A stretch of 64,000 nucleotides of DNA from Thermoleophilaceae bacterium (GTDB lineage: Bacteria > Actinomycetota > Thermoleophilia > Solirubrobacterales > Thermoleophilaceae), in NCBI GenBank assembly GCA_036259535.1, contig DATABO010000065.1, forward strand, positions 13,624 through 77,623, written 5' to 3'. The position numbers and the translations under genes are program-made. Positions 26,173 to 35,006 of this stretch are shown here, one piece after another (within the stretch, counting starts at the first letter, position 1; each line of letters opens with the position of its first letter). The notes beneath the pieces are model-generated. The model did no database searches, had not been told where the DNA came from, and saw only the letters and a program-made list of their open reading frames with translations.

Positions 26173-27696
26173 CTAGTCCTGCGGTGCCGCGTCGTCGGGC
26201 GAAACGGCCTTGATGTCGGCCGACAGCAGCTCGACCGCCTCGCGCATCGCGTAGTTGCTCCACTTGACGCGCTTGTACTGCGGCAGCTCCCGCTCGTCGG
26301 CGAGATATGCCGCGACCAGGGCCTCGCCGAGCAGCTCCAGCACCTCGTTGGCGGACTTCGCTCGCTCGATAGCGCCCTTGAGATAGTCGAGCGCCCTCTG
26401 CGAGTCGGCGTACTCGACGTCCTCACGGGTCTCGTTGCGCGTCTTGAGCTTGCGCACCGTCACCTCCTGCAACTGCGGGAGGACGAGGCGCAGGCCGTCG
26501 GCAGGCATGTCCTGGTTGTCGTGGAGCACGATCGCCGCGATCGCCTTGGCGCGGGCGAGCGCCTGGGAGCTGCGAACCTTGCCGCCACGGCGTCCGATCA
26601 GCTTGTTGCCAAGCGTGAGGTTCCCCGGTCGAGCGGCCTTGGCGTCCTCGCGGGCCTGCGCGCGGCGCTCGCGCTCGACGTCGTTGCCGGCGCCGGAGGG
26701 CGAGTCCGACGGATCCGGCGCGATGCGCTCCGGGCTGGTCGCCTCCGCGCACTCCCGCTCGACGCGCTCGACGATCCGCTCTGCGAGATCGGCGAGGAAC
26801 TCGCGGTCGGTGACGAACATCCTGGTGTCGTCGCTCCACTGGCTCTCGGTGGTGTGCTCGAGCAGGCAGCCAGCGGCGCGGGTGGCGTCGACGTCGGCCT
26901 CGTCGATGTCGACCCACGGGTCGTCGCCCTCCTGGGGCGAGTCTCCGTAGGAGGGGTCGAGCGCCTTCTGCACGCGAACGATCAGCGCATCGCGATTCTC
27001 CCCCGGCTCCACGAGCTCGCTGAGGGGCATCGACCAGTCCAGCTCGATCATCGTCGGCGCGGGGTCGAAGGACTCCGACGCGGTGGAGACGAGGATGTCG
27101 CCGAAGCGGTTGAGCACGTCGCGGCCGTCGATCTCCTTGCGGACGACGTACTCGCACATGCACTCCGCGATCCGCGGCGAGACCTTGGCGACCTCGCGCA
27201 GGTCGCGCTCGGCGGCGACCGGCACGTGGCCAGCGGCGATGTGGCGCTGGACGCCAGCGGGCAGCTTGAGCAGGCGAAGCCGCTCACTGACCCAGTTGGC
27301 GGACTTGCCCACGCGGGCGCCGATCGCCTTGTGAGTGGTCAGGTTCTCGGCCTTGGCGAGGCGGGTCAACGCCTCGGCCTCCTCGATGACGTCGAGGTCG
27401 CGTCGGATCAGGTTCTCCGCGATCGCGGCGGCGAGCGCGTCGTCGCCGGGCCGGATCAGTACCGGCACGCGCGTCAGGCCGGCGCCCTTGGCCGCGAGCA
27501 GCCGTCGCTCGCCCGCTACGACGATGTAGCCGCCGTCGCCGTCCTCGCGGACGGTCAGGGCGGTGACGACACCCTGCTTGCGGATGCTGGCCTCCAGCTC
27601 CGCGAGCGAGGCGTCGTCGAAGCTCGAGCGCGGGTTGTGCCTGTCCTCGACGGTGATCTTGTCGATGTCGACCACTGCGGTCGTGTCGTCGCTCAT
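26173..27696 (-). CDS. ParB/Srx N-terminal-domain protein (507 aa), plasmid/ICE type
   Basis: VDIDKITVEDRHNPRSSFDDASLAELEASIRKQGVVTALTV...YIVVAGERRLLAAKGAGLTRVPVLI is a ParB-like domain. Strong SD (AAGGAGGAAA). The long C-terminal region is unassigned. Confidence 0.85.
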   Translation of the reverse strand: MSDDTTAVVDIDKITVEDRHNPRSSFDDASLAELEASIRKQGVVTALTVREDGDGGYIVVAGERRLLAAKGAGLTRVPVLIRPGDDALAAAIAENLIRRDLDVIEEAEALTRLAKAENLTTHKAIGARVGKSANWVSERLRLLKLPAGVQRHIAAGHVPVAAERDLREVAKVSPRIAECMCEYVVRKEIDGRDVLNRFGDILVSTASESFDPAPTMIELDWSMPLSELVEPGENRDALIVRVQKALDPSYGDSPQEGDDPWVDIDEADVDATRAAGCLLEHTTESQWSDDTRMFVTDREFLADLAERIVERVERECAEATSPERIAPDPSDSPSGAGNDVERERRAQAREDAKAARPGNLTLGNKLIGRRGGKVRSSQALARAKAIAAIVLHDNQDMPADGLRLVLPQLQEVTVRKLKTRNETREDVEYADSQRALDYLKGAIERAKSANEVLELLGEALVAAYLADERELPQYKRVKWSNYAMREAVELLSADIKAVSPDDAAPQD

Positions 27697-27870
27697 GGAC
27701 GTTTCCTCCTTGGTGCGGTTCCCCCTGCGGGAGTCCGCTTGGGGCGCTCGCCCGATGCGAGAGCCGGTGCCCCCGCTACCGCGCGCGGAGCGTGCGAAAA
27801 TGCGGGGTGCCGGTGACGCGAGGGTGAGGGCCGAACGGCGCCGGGATCGCGTGTCGCCCGCCGTCTGCGC

Positions 27871-28656
27871 TTAGGCCGCTGCATCGGGCTGGGGCGCGTC
27901 GTCGAGGCTGTCGATGAGGCGGTAGCCGACCCCGCGCACCGAGACGACCCATCCGGTCGCGCCGGCGGCGGCGAGCTTGCGGCGCAGCCGGCAAGCGTGA
28001 GCGTCGACCGTGCGGGTCTGACCGATCGTGCGGTAGCCCCAGACGTCGCGCAGCAGCTCGTTCTTGGTCTTCACGCGTGCCGGCTCGACGGCGAGCGCGG
28101 CGAGCAGCGCGAGCTCCATCCGCGTGAGGTTCAGCGGCTTGCCATCGAACGCCGCGGTGAGCGCGGCCTTGTCGATCGTCAGCGCCTCGCAGTCGATGGT
28201 CGCCGGGGCCGGGGCCGGGTCGACGGGCGCGGGGTCAGCCCTCGGGGCGTCGGTGTCGGCCGGTGCGAGGCGTGGCCCGCGGCGCAGGATGGCGAGCAGG
28301 CGGGCGGTGAGCTCGGCCTGTCCGATCGGCTTCGCGCGGAAGTCGTCAGCGCCTACGAGAAAGCAGCGCGTCAGGGCAAGCGCGTCGTCGTCCTCGGCGA
28401 GTACGAGCACTGGCGTCGCGTCGGGCTGCCCGGTGATCTCGCCACGGCGAAGCTGCTCGATCAGGCGTGCGTTGGTGCCGGCGCCGGGGAGGTCGCCGAG
28501 CACGATGATGTCGGGGCTGGCGACCCGGATGCCGGAGCGGAGTCGGTTCTCGGTCGAGGCGCCCGCGACGGCGAAGCCGTCGGTGATGAGGAAGCGGGCG
28601 AGCTGCTGGCGCAGGTTGCGGTCAGCGTCCGCGATCAGCACGGTTGCGCGGTTCAT
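27871..28656 (-). CDS. OmpR/PhoB-type response regulator (261 aa), orphan
   Basis: Receiver domain (VLIADADRN...DDFRAKP) plus a winged-helix output (LTRMELALLAAL...TVDAHACRLRRKL...VRGVGYRL). ATG at 28656 with a GAAGGAGAAG SD. No histidine kinase on the element. Confidence 0.85.
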   Translation of the reverse strand: MNRATVLIADADRNLRQQLARFLITDGFAVAGASTENRLRSGIRVASPDIIVLGDLPGAGTNARLIEQLRRGEITGQPDATPVLVLAEDDDALALTRCFLVGADDFRAKPIGQAELTARLLAILRRGPRLAPADTDAPRADPAPVDPAPAPATIDCEALTIDKAALTAAFDGKPLNLTRMELALLAALAVEPARVKTKNELLRDVWGYRTIGQTRTVDAHACRLRRKLAAAGATGWVVSVRGVGYRLIDSLDDAPQPDAAA

Positions 28657-28750
28657 CGAGTCTTCTCCTTCGGGAGTGGCCCCGCCCGTCGCGGGGCCGT
28701 CCCGCCGCCGTCCGCACCCCTTGGGTGCGAAAATCAAGGCGGGCGGACGC

Positions 28751-28776
28751 GGGCCGGGCGTGCTCGTGCCCGGCCC
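28751..28776 (-). terminator. GC-rich hairpin downstream of the 62-aa ORF (weak terminator candidate)
   Basis: GGGCCGGGC-N8-GCCCGGCCC is a perfect 9-bp stem. A T-rich run (TTGATTTTC) follows only about 15 nt further on the minus strand, so it is not canonical. Confidence 0.3.
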
Positions 28777-28788
28777 TTGGTCAGCAGG

Positions 28789-28977
28789 TCACTCGGCCTC
28801 GACCTGGGCGGGCACCTGGACGACCCCGGCGTCCTCGCAAGCGCGCAGGCGCTTGGCGCCGTCGACCAGCAGCTCACCTGGGGCCGGGCCCTGGTGGTGT
28901 CGGGATCGCTGCCGCCGGCCGTGGTGCGCTTCCACCCTCACTGGCGCGACCCGCAGCTGCAAGCGGCGTAGTTCCAC
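28789..28977 (-). CDS. Short ParB-N-domain-like ORF (62 aa), possibly a remnant
   Basis: The C-terminal half ELLVDGAKRLRACEDAGVVQVPAQV matches the xxDGxxRxxAxxxxG motif of ParB/Srx domains. GTG start. The protein is shorter than a full domain. Confidence 0.3.
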   Translation of the reverse strand: MELRRLQLRVAPVRVEAHHGRRQRSRHHQGPAPGELLVDGAKRLRACEDAGVVQVPAQVEAE

Positions 28978-28997
28978 GGCAACTCTCGGAGCCGTCG

Positions 28998-30410
28998 ATG
29001 AAATGCCGTGCGGACTGCAATCCTCACGTCATGGCATCGACGGCTCCGATCCCCGCTTCAAAGCTGTGCTGGTGGTGCAAGGATCCGGCGAACTCGCGCG
29101 AGCACAAGTTCAAGCGCAGCGATGTCGTTCGGGAGCACGGCAAGGGGCCGTACACCGGAGACGCGAAGCTCGTCCGCGTGACTGGCGAGGGCCGGTGGGA
29201 GATGCGCAGCAGCAAGAGCGGTCCGCTGAAGTTCGAGACCTCTCTGTGCGTTCGGTGTAACGACACGCGAAGCCAGCCCTTTGACGCGGCCTACGACAAG
29301 TTCATCGCCTGGCTGCTCGCGAACGAGGAGCTGGTGCTCAAGCAGCGGAAGTTCGATCTTCGCGCGATCTTCGGCGCCGATTGGGAGGCGGACGCGCTCA
29401 ACGTCTACCGCTTCTTGGTCAAGCACATCGGCTGTCGTCTCGCCGATGCCGACGACGGACTACTTCCGCCGAACGGCGTCATGGACGAACTGATCGCCTG
29501 CCTCGATGGCGGTGGTCCGGTCGAGTCGCTGGAGTGCAGCTTCTTCGTCGAGTCGGCGATGTTGCGGTGGTGTCAGATGCGGGACGACGACCCCCTGTGG
29601 GTTCGTCCGTTCGCGGTCGACACGATGCCGTTCACAAAGTCCAACGGCCAGCTCGAGGCCGTGTGGTCGACTTGGCGTTACGGCTGGATCACCTTCGCGT
29701 GGACGCTCGGCCCTGGAGCCTCGAAGCACTATCCGTTTCGCGACCGGGAAGTGCCGATGCCGATCGTGGCTGCGGCGACTGCATGGGATCCCTGGTTTGA
29801 GTTCGCGCTCGCCTGGGATCCCGCTCGGGGCGCCGAGGATGTCGGCGACGATGAGCCCCACCCGAACGACCAGATCGACCCCGAGAGTGCGCTCGATAGA
29901 TCGCCCGTCGCGCTCGCGTTCGCCGTCGGGGCGCTTGACTTCGAGGCTACGACTCGGCATGTCGGTCCAGACGAGCGCACCAACGGGTACGTTGAGGACG
30001 AGTCGTTGGTCGAACCTGAGCTGGAGCTCCAGCGTGCCGCGATGCTCGTCGCGGCCTGCCGCGGATGGGCCGAGGGTGACCTCGATGACGGCCGCGCGCG
30101 TCGAGTTGCCGAGAACGCCGAGCTGTCCGAGGCTGCAGCCCTCAAGGCTGAGAGCGATCGAATGCACGCGGCCCAAAGCGATGATCGGGCGGAGTCCCTG
30201 CGAACCGCCTTTGCGTGCATGGCGACCCTGAAGCTGTCCGAGGCGATTCTCGCGGACTTGCACTCCCAAGAGGGACAAGATGCGTTGGTTGACGTTGGCC
30301 GGTTCGCGGGATGCAGCGTGATGTCGGCGGCCTTCGCCGTGAGTGACATCGCGCGGGGATTCGAGAACGTCGCGGCTGTTGTCGCCGCACTTGCTCGCGC
30401 GGAACTTTGA
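28998..30410 (+). CDS. HNH-type (HNH_5-like) nuclease-domain protein with a large unassigned C-terminal region (470 aa)
   Basis: CWWCKDPANSREHKFKRSDV...SLCVRCNDTRSQPFD fits the pattern CxxC..EH..CxxCN. The ATG at 28998 has GGAG 6 nt upstream. The track ORF from 28644 is over-extended. Confidence 0.7.
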   Translation: MKCRADCNPHVMASTAPIPASKLCWWCKDPANSREHKFKRSDVVREHGKGPYTGDAKLVRVTGEGRWEMRSSKSGPLKFETSLCVRCNDTRSQPFDAAYDKFIAWLLANEELVLKQRKFDLRAIFGADWEADALNVYRFLVKHIGCRLADADDGLLPPNGVMDELIACLDGGGPVESLECSFFVESAMLRWCQMRDDDPLWVRPFAVDTMPFTKSNGQLEAVWSTWRYGWITFAWTLGPGASKHYPFRDREVPMPIVAAATAWDPWFEFALAWDPARGAEDVGDDEPHPNDQIDPESALDRSPVALAFAVGALDFEATTRHVGPDERTNGYVEDESLVEPELELQRAAMLVAACRGWAEGDLDDGRARRVAENAELSEAAALKAESDRMHAAQSDDRAESLRTAFACMATLKLSEAILADLHSQEGQDALVDVGRFAGCSVMSAAFAVSDIARGFENVAAVVAALARAEL

Positions 30411-30417
30411 TGCGCGG

Positions 30418-31185
30418 CTAGCTCGGCGGGCGGCCGATGACGCCGGTGACGTAGAGCTGGTCGAAGGTCTCGACCACTTCCTCCATGCGCTTGGCCATCG
30501 GCCGGAGCTGCTCGACGTAGAACCCGCTGTTGGGACCGTAGAGGAAGCTGAGCGCGTCACCGACGAGCAGCAGGACCTCTTGGAGGATCGGCCCGACGGC
30601 GGCGAGGTAGTCGACGCGGCGATGGATGCGCGGGTCGGGTCCGTAGACCATCGTCCGCGCCTCGAAGTCGACCGCCTCGTCTACGACCTGGCGGTAGTGG
30701 TGGGGTCCTTTGGAGAGGCGGCCGTAGATCGTGCGTGACAGCTCGGCGACGTTCTCGATGTTGCCGGGATCTATGCCTGCCTCACGCATTTCGGCGGCGA
30801 CGCGCTTGGCCTCGCGCTCCTGCGCCTTGCGGAGCTCGGACTGCTTGATCTCCTTGTTCGCCAGCCAGCTGCGGAGGATGGCGTCTTCCTCGGGATTGGC
30901 CAGGACGGCTACTAGCCGGCTGCCCTCGTGGATGCTGCGGATGAGAGGGAGCGTCTGTTGGGTGTAGCCATCCTCAAGCTGGTCGACGAGGGCGGTCGCC
31001 TGAGCGATCACGTCGCCGGCGACCTTCCAGACGGCCGGCTCGCGGTCCTCGCTGTCGATGCCAGGCGGCGTGTCTATCCCCCAGGTGGCGTGGCGGTCTG
31101 CGAGCCAGCCGATCGCATCTCGGTAGAAGTCGAGCGTCGAGGCGATCGCCTTCTGGCTGCGCTCAGGCTCGGGATCGAGGGCCAT
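30418..31185 (-). CDS. Hypothetical helical protein (255 aa), 25 nt downstream of the relaxase gene
   Basis: Clean ATG ORF with good codon bias. It faintly resembles DUF5677/AbiV-like helical proteins by eye (unverified). Confidence 0.6.
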   Translation of the reverse strand: MALDPEPERSQKAIASTLDFYRDAIGWLADRHATWGIDTPPGIDSEDREPAVWKVAGDVIAQATALVDQLEDGYTQQTLPLIRSIHEGSRLVAVLANPEEDAILRSWLANKEIKQSELRKAQEREAKRVAAEMREAGIDPGNIENVAELSRTIYGRLSKGPHHYRQVVDEAVDFEARTMVYGPDPRIHRRVDYLAAVGPILQEVLLLVGDALSFLYGPNSGFYVEQLRPMAKRMEEVVETFDQLYVTGVIGRPPS

Positions 31186-31210
31186 CGCGCAAGCCTACGG
31201 CCGGCGCCTG

Positions 31211-34200
31211 TCAGCGCGAGAGGCCGGGCGCCTCGGGCTGAGGCGTGAGGTCGGGTGTCGGGTCGACGTCGGGTGTATCGAACAGCAGCTCGGCGAGCTT
31301 GTGGGTGTGCTGCCAGTCAGCTGCTTGGCGGCCGGTGAGGCTGGTGGGGTCGTGGTCGTGCGGGTATTCGCCGTATTGGAGGCGGTAGGACTCTTGAGCG
31401 GCGACGGCTTGCTCCCAGCGCTCGCGGTCGGTGGGCGCCTCGGGCCGCTGGCCGAGCTGGCGCTCGATGGCGGGGTCGGTGTCGAGCGCGGCGATCCGTG
31501 TCGCACGCCAGTGGGCGTGCGCGCGGCGTGCGGCTAGCTCGCGCTCGGCGGCGGTGGCGTCGACGATCTCCATTTCGTGCTGGTCGATGACCGTGGCGGG
31601 ATCGACGGAGGCGGTGTCTGTGCGGTCAGCGACCTCGGCGCGGGCGGCGGTGAGCGCATGGTCGAGCTGGTGGATGCGCTGGTTGAGGGTGGCGCGGCGG
31701 TCGCGGTCGCGGCGGGCGAGCCCGTCGCGCTCCTGGCGGGCGTTCGCGAGCAGTCCGTCAAGGTGGGCGGCGTTGGCGGCGGCGCGCTCGAGCAGCTCGG
31801 CGTCGCGGGCGCGGCGAGCATGACGTGGGATCGTGGAGAGGATTCGCTCGCCGCGGTCGCGGATCTCGATGAGCTGGGCGGTGGTGAGCTGGCCGAGGTC
31901 GGCGTCGATCTCGCTGACGTCGACCGCGAGCTGCTTGGCGCGCTCGACGCCGAGGGCTCGCTCTAGCTCGTCGTAGAGGGGCTGGTCTTGCAGGCCGGGG
32001 AGCTGCGCACGGTCGAGGTCTGCGTCCTGGCCGACGTTGATGTAGAAGCGCGAGCTGTCGGTGTGACGCGACGAAGCGACGTAGCCGAGCTCGCGGGCGA
32101 GGTCGGGCGAGCCCAAGACGAAGGTGTCGCCGATCGTCATGCCCTGGGACTTGTGGACGGTCTGGGCGTAGCCGTGGCTGAGATGGCCGTCGGCGAGGTA
32201 GTCGGCGGGCAGGATCACCTCGGGGCCGGCGTCGAGTGCGGCGTGCAGCTCGCCGGCCTGGTGGTCGGTGCGGGTGACGGTGGCGCGGTTGCCGTTTCGC
32301 AGCCTGTGGCTGCCCTCGTCGGTCGTCGCGACCCACTGGTTGCGCAAGGCGAGCACGCGATCGCCTTCGGCGAACAGCCGGTCGCCGACGACGAGGGCGG
32401 TGCTGTCGTCGAGGTCGCCGGCCGCGACACGCGCCTGGCGGGCGAGGTCATTGAGGGCGTGGGCCTCGTCGCGGGTGGCGGTGAGCATCTGCGTCTCGAC
32501 CTGCCCATGCTCGCGGGCGGCGACGAACCAGTCGGCGACGAGCTGATGGAGCTGGTCGTCGGCGCCCTGGCATGGGACGAGCCGGCCGTGCTGGTCGTAG
32601 GCGGCGACCCACTCGGAGATGTCGCCGTGGCGGAGCTGGTCGAGCGCCTCGCGGTCCCAGGCGTGCTGTTGGCGGTAGACCTCCGTCAGCTCGATCGTGC
32701 CGAGCCGGTCGGCGAGAGCGGCGAAGCCGCCGCCGGCCTCGACGGCGGCTAGCTGGCGCTCGTCGCCGATCAGCACGACCTTGGCGTTGGCCTGGGCCGC
32801 GTGGTCGAGCAGCCGGGCCATGCGGCGGGTGTCGACCATCCCGGCCTCATCGACGACGAGGACGGTGCGCGCACCGAGTGTCCAGTCGCCGCCGCGGTCG
32901 AGGTCTTGGAGCAGTCCGTGGACTGTGTAGCTGTCGATCCCGCCACGGGCGCGCAGCTCGTCGGCGGCCCGGCCGGCGAGCGCGGCGCCGACGACGCGGT
33001 GCCCGGCCTGCTCCCACAGCTCGCGCGCCGCGTCGATCGCCGTCGTCTTGCCGGTCCCGGCCCTGGCGCGCACGACCTCGACCCCGTGACCGGACGCGAC
33101 GAGCGATCGGACCATCCGCTGCTGCTCGTCGGAGAGCACTAGCCCGCCGGGCCGCCGCGCGAACAGGTCGTCGCCATCGGCGAGCCGGACGACTCCCGCT
33201 CCCTCCCCCACCCTGCCGAGGGCCTGGTCGACCATCGCGGCCTCCACGGAGAGCATGTCCGCCGTGGTCAGCGCGGCCTCTCTGCCCGCTCCGGCAGCCC
33301 GGCCGCGCACCCGTGGCCCGGCGGCCTGCTCACCGTCAACGACCACGACCTGATCGGAAGCGATCAGCCGATCGGCGATGTCCTCGATCCTCTCGATCGA
33401 CCCGCCCCGGCCATGTGCGGCGGCGAGGTTCTGGACGACCTGGCGGCGGTGGAAGGTCGACCGCTCGCTGGTCAGTCCCTCGGCGGCGATCAGCTCGCCG
33501 ATGGTCTCGCCGATCTCCAACCGGTCGAGGTCGCGGAACTCGCCACGGCCGATCGCGCCGGCCAGCTCGTCGGGTCCGAATCCGTGCTCTTGGGCGACGG
33601 CCCGCCACTGGTCGCGCTGCTCGGCGAGGTCGAAGGACTCCTTGCCCTTGCGTGTCGACAAGGCGGCGATCTCGGCCTCGCGGGCACTCGTCCGGCCGGC
33701 TCGGTCGAGGGTGTCGAGGATCTGCTTGCGGCGCTTGGACAGCGCGAGCGCGAGCGGCCGGGGAACCCCAGCGATCTCGGCGGCGCCCTTGTGGACATCG
33801 GTCCACTGGACGCCGAGCTCGCGGGTCAGCCGCTCGCGCAGCTCGGCTTGGAAGACGTAGCCGGCGGCCATCCGGTGCTGGTAGAGGTCGCGGGCGTCGA
33901 GGGTCCGCCAGGCGTCCTCGACGCCTTGGGCGGGGTCGCCGCAGCGGGTCATGTTCGCGACGAGGAAGTGGACGTGGATGTGCGGGTCGCCCTCGCGGGA
34001 GAAGCGGTGCGGGAACGCCGCGCCGATGAACCCCTCCCCCTCCAGCGGGATGTGTCCGCCGCGCCCGGCGCGCGATGTGCAGGCGTGCCGCTCGAGGTAG
34101 CCGAGCGCGGCCCGGCCGGCTCCGTGGGTGGCCTCCCACACCGCCTCGGCGACCTGCGGCTGGCCGTACTCGTCGGCGAGCGCCCAGAGCGTCGAGACCG

Positions 34201-34492
34201 ACTTCGGGACGGCCATCTGGAGGTCGATGCCCTTGACTGCGTGCTCGCCGGGAGGGCGGCCGAGCTGGTCGCCGCTGACCGGGTGGCGGCACTCGAACAG
34301 GGCTTGCAGCTCGCCGTCTTGGACCTGTCCGGCAAGGCCGAGGTTCGCGGCTCCCCGGCCGGTCCAAGTGCCGGGCGCCTCGCCCTTGCCGGAGTAGTAG
34401 TCCTCGGCGCCCTGGGCGACCTGCTGGGTGTAGTAGTCGGGGGTGCGCCAGTGGCCTCCCCCGCGTCCTCCGATCTTGCCGATGGTGAGCAT
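31211..34492 (-). CDS. MobF-family relaxase/helicase (TrwC/TraA-like, 1093 aa)
   Basis: MLTIGKIGGRGGGHWRTPDYYTQQVAQGAEDYYSGKGE is a TrwC-type N-terminus with catalytic Tyr candidates. His triad in REGDPHIHVHFLVAN. RecD-like helicase Walker A in RARAGTGKTT. The track ORF to 34699 has a Pro-rich false extension. Confidence 0.93.
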   Translation of the reverse strand: MLTIGKIGGRGGGHWRTPDYYTQQVAQGAEDYYSGKGEAPGTWTGRGAANLGLAGQVQDGELQALFECRHPVSGDQLGRPPGEHAVKGIDLQMAVPKSVSTLWALADEYGQPQVAEAVWEATHGAGRAALGYLERHACTSRAGRGGHIPLEGEGFIGAAFPHRFSREGDPHIHVHFLVANMTRCGDPAQGVEDAWRTLDARDLYQHRMAAGYVFQAELRERLTRELGVQWTDVHKGAAEIAGVPRPLALALSKRRKQILDTLDRAGRTSAREAEIAALSTRKGKESFDLAEQRDQWRAVAQEHGFGPDELAGAIGRGEFRDLDRLEIGETIGELIAAEGLTSERSTFHRRQVVQNLAAAHGRGGSIERIEDIADRLIASDQVVVVDGEQAAGPRVRGRAAGAGREAALTTADMLSVEAAMVDQALGRVGEGAGVVRLADGDDLFARRPGGLVLSDEQQRMVRSLVASGHGVEVVRARAGTGKTTAIDAARELWEQAGHRVVGAALAGRAADELRARGGIDSYTVHGLLQDLDRGGDWTLGARTVLVVDEAGMVDTRRMARLLDHAAQANAKVVLIGDERQLAAVEAGGGFAALADRLGTIELTEVYRQQHAWDREALDQLRHGDISEWVAAYDQHGRLVPCQGADDQLHQLVADWFVAAREHGQVETQMLTATRDEAHALNDLARQARVAAGDLDDSTALVVGDRLFAEGDRVLALRNQWVATTDEGSHRLRNGNRATVTRTDHQAGELHAALDAGPEVILPADYLADGHLSHGYAQTVHKSQGMTIGDTFVLGSPDLARELGYVASSRHTDSSRFYINVGQDADLDRAQLPGLQDQPLYDELERALGVERAKQLAVDVSEIDADLGQLTTAQLIEIRDRGERILSTIPRHARRARDAELLERAAANAAHLDGLLANARQERDGLARRDRDRRATLNQRIHQLDHALTAARAEVADRTDTASVDPATVIDQHEMEIVDATAAERELAARRAHAHWRATRIAALDTDPAIERQLGQRPEAPTDRERWEQAVAAQESYRLQYGEYPHDHDPTSLTGRQAADWQHTHKLAELLFDTPDVDPTPDLTPQPEAPGLSR

Positions 34493-34824
34493 CGGAGGGG
34501 TAGACGCAACCTTGGTGCAAGTGTGTGATCCGTTGGGCGGTCCCGTAGGGAGCGGCTGCTGTTGTGGAGGGGTGGGAGCCGAGCGGAGCGAGGCGAGCGG
34601 GCCGGTCAGAAGTGGTGTCGTGCTGTGGCGGTGAGGGTGCGGACGGTTCTGAAGCGGTGCGGTGGAGCTGGCGGGTGGGCGCGTCAGACTGGGGAACAAG
34701 TGTTCGTGTCGTGGTCGACAGTCGAGCCGGTCCGGAGCCGGTGAGCCGCCATCCCGATCCGGTGGACGCGTACCGCCAGGCAGTCGCCGAGAACCGGCCG
34801 CCGGCTCAGATGTCAGGCCGGCTT

Positions 34825-34938
34825 CCTCGGCCGCGCAAGATCGGCGCCAGCATCGCCCGCGCAGACATCGCCCACTTCCTCCTGTCCCAAGTAGATGATC
34901 GGCGCTTCACTCGAGCGGCACCCGCGATCAGCGGGTGA
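34825..34938 (+). pseudogene. 3' fragment of an NAD(P)H-binding (NmrA/flavin-reductase-like) oxidoreductase gene
   Basis: Only the C-terminal ..PRKIGASIARADIAHFLLSQVDDRRFTRAAPAISG-stop is protein-like. It resembles the C-terminus of NAD(P)H-binding SDR-like proteins. The upstream part of the ORF is non-coding-like. Confidence 0.4.
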
Positions 34939-35006
34939 CAGCCCCCGCGCTTGGCCCGAGCATGTGCTGAGAGGACGGCGCGGGCGATCCGAGAAGCCCT
35001 GTCCTC

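Noticed and set aside
28644-28997. N-terminal 118 aa of the 588-aa track ORF (HNH protein). The same issue affects the extensions 4065-4946 (nusA), 6745-7029 (coaBC), 15487-15897 (pyrC), 34493-34699 (relaxase) and 41381-41612 (amidase).
   Set aside because: These are Arg/Pro/Ala-rich non-protein-like extensions that overlap neighbouring genes or leaders. Internal starts have an SD or stop-start coupling, and canonical protein N-termini begin there.
32572-34029. 485-aa extremely Arg-rich plus-strand ORF, and several 100-390-aa ORFs, within 31200-34700.
   Set aside because: All overlap the MobF relaxase gene in other frames or on the other strand. The RRRR/PRG repeats are GC-bias artefacts.
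34560-34700. G-quadruplex in the G-rich region upstream of the relaxase.
   Set aside because: The G-runs (GGGG, GGG) are separated by loops that are too long and irregular for a canonical G4. Only the strand skew is reported.
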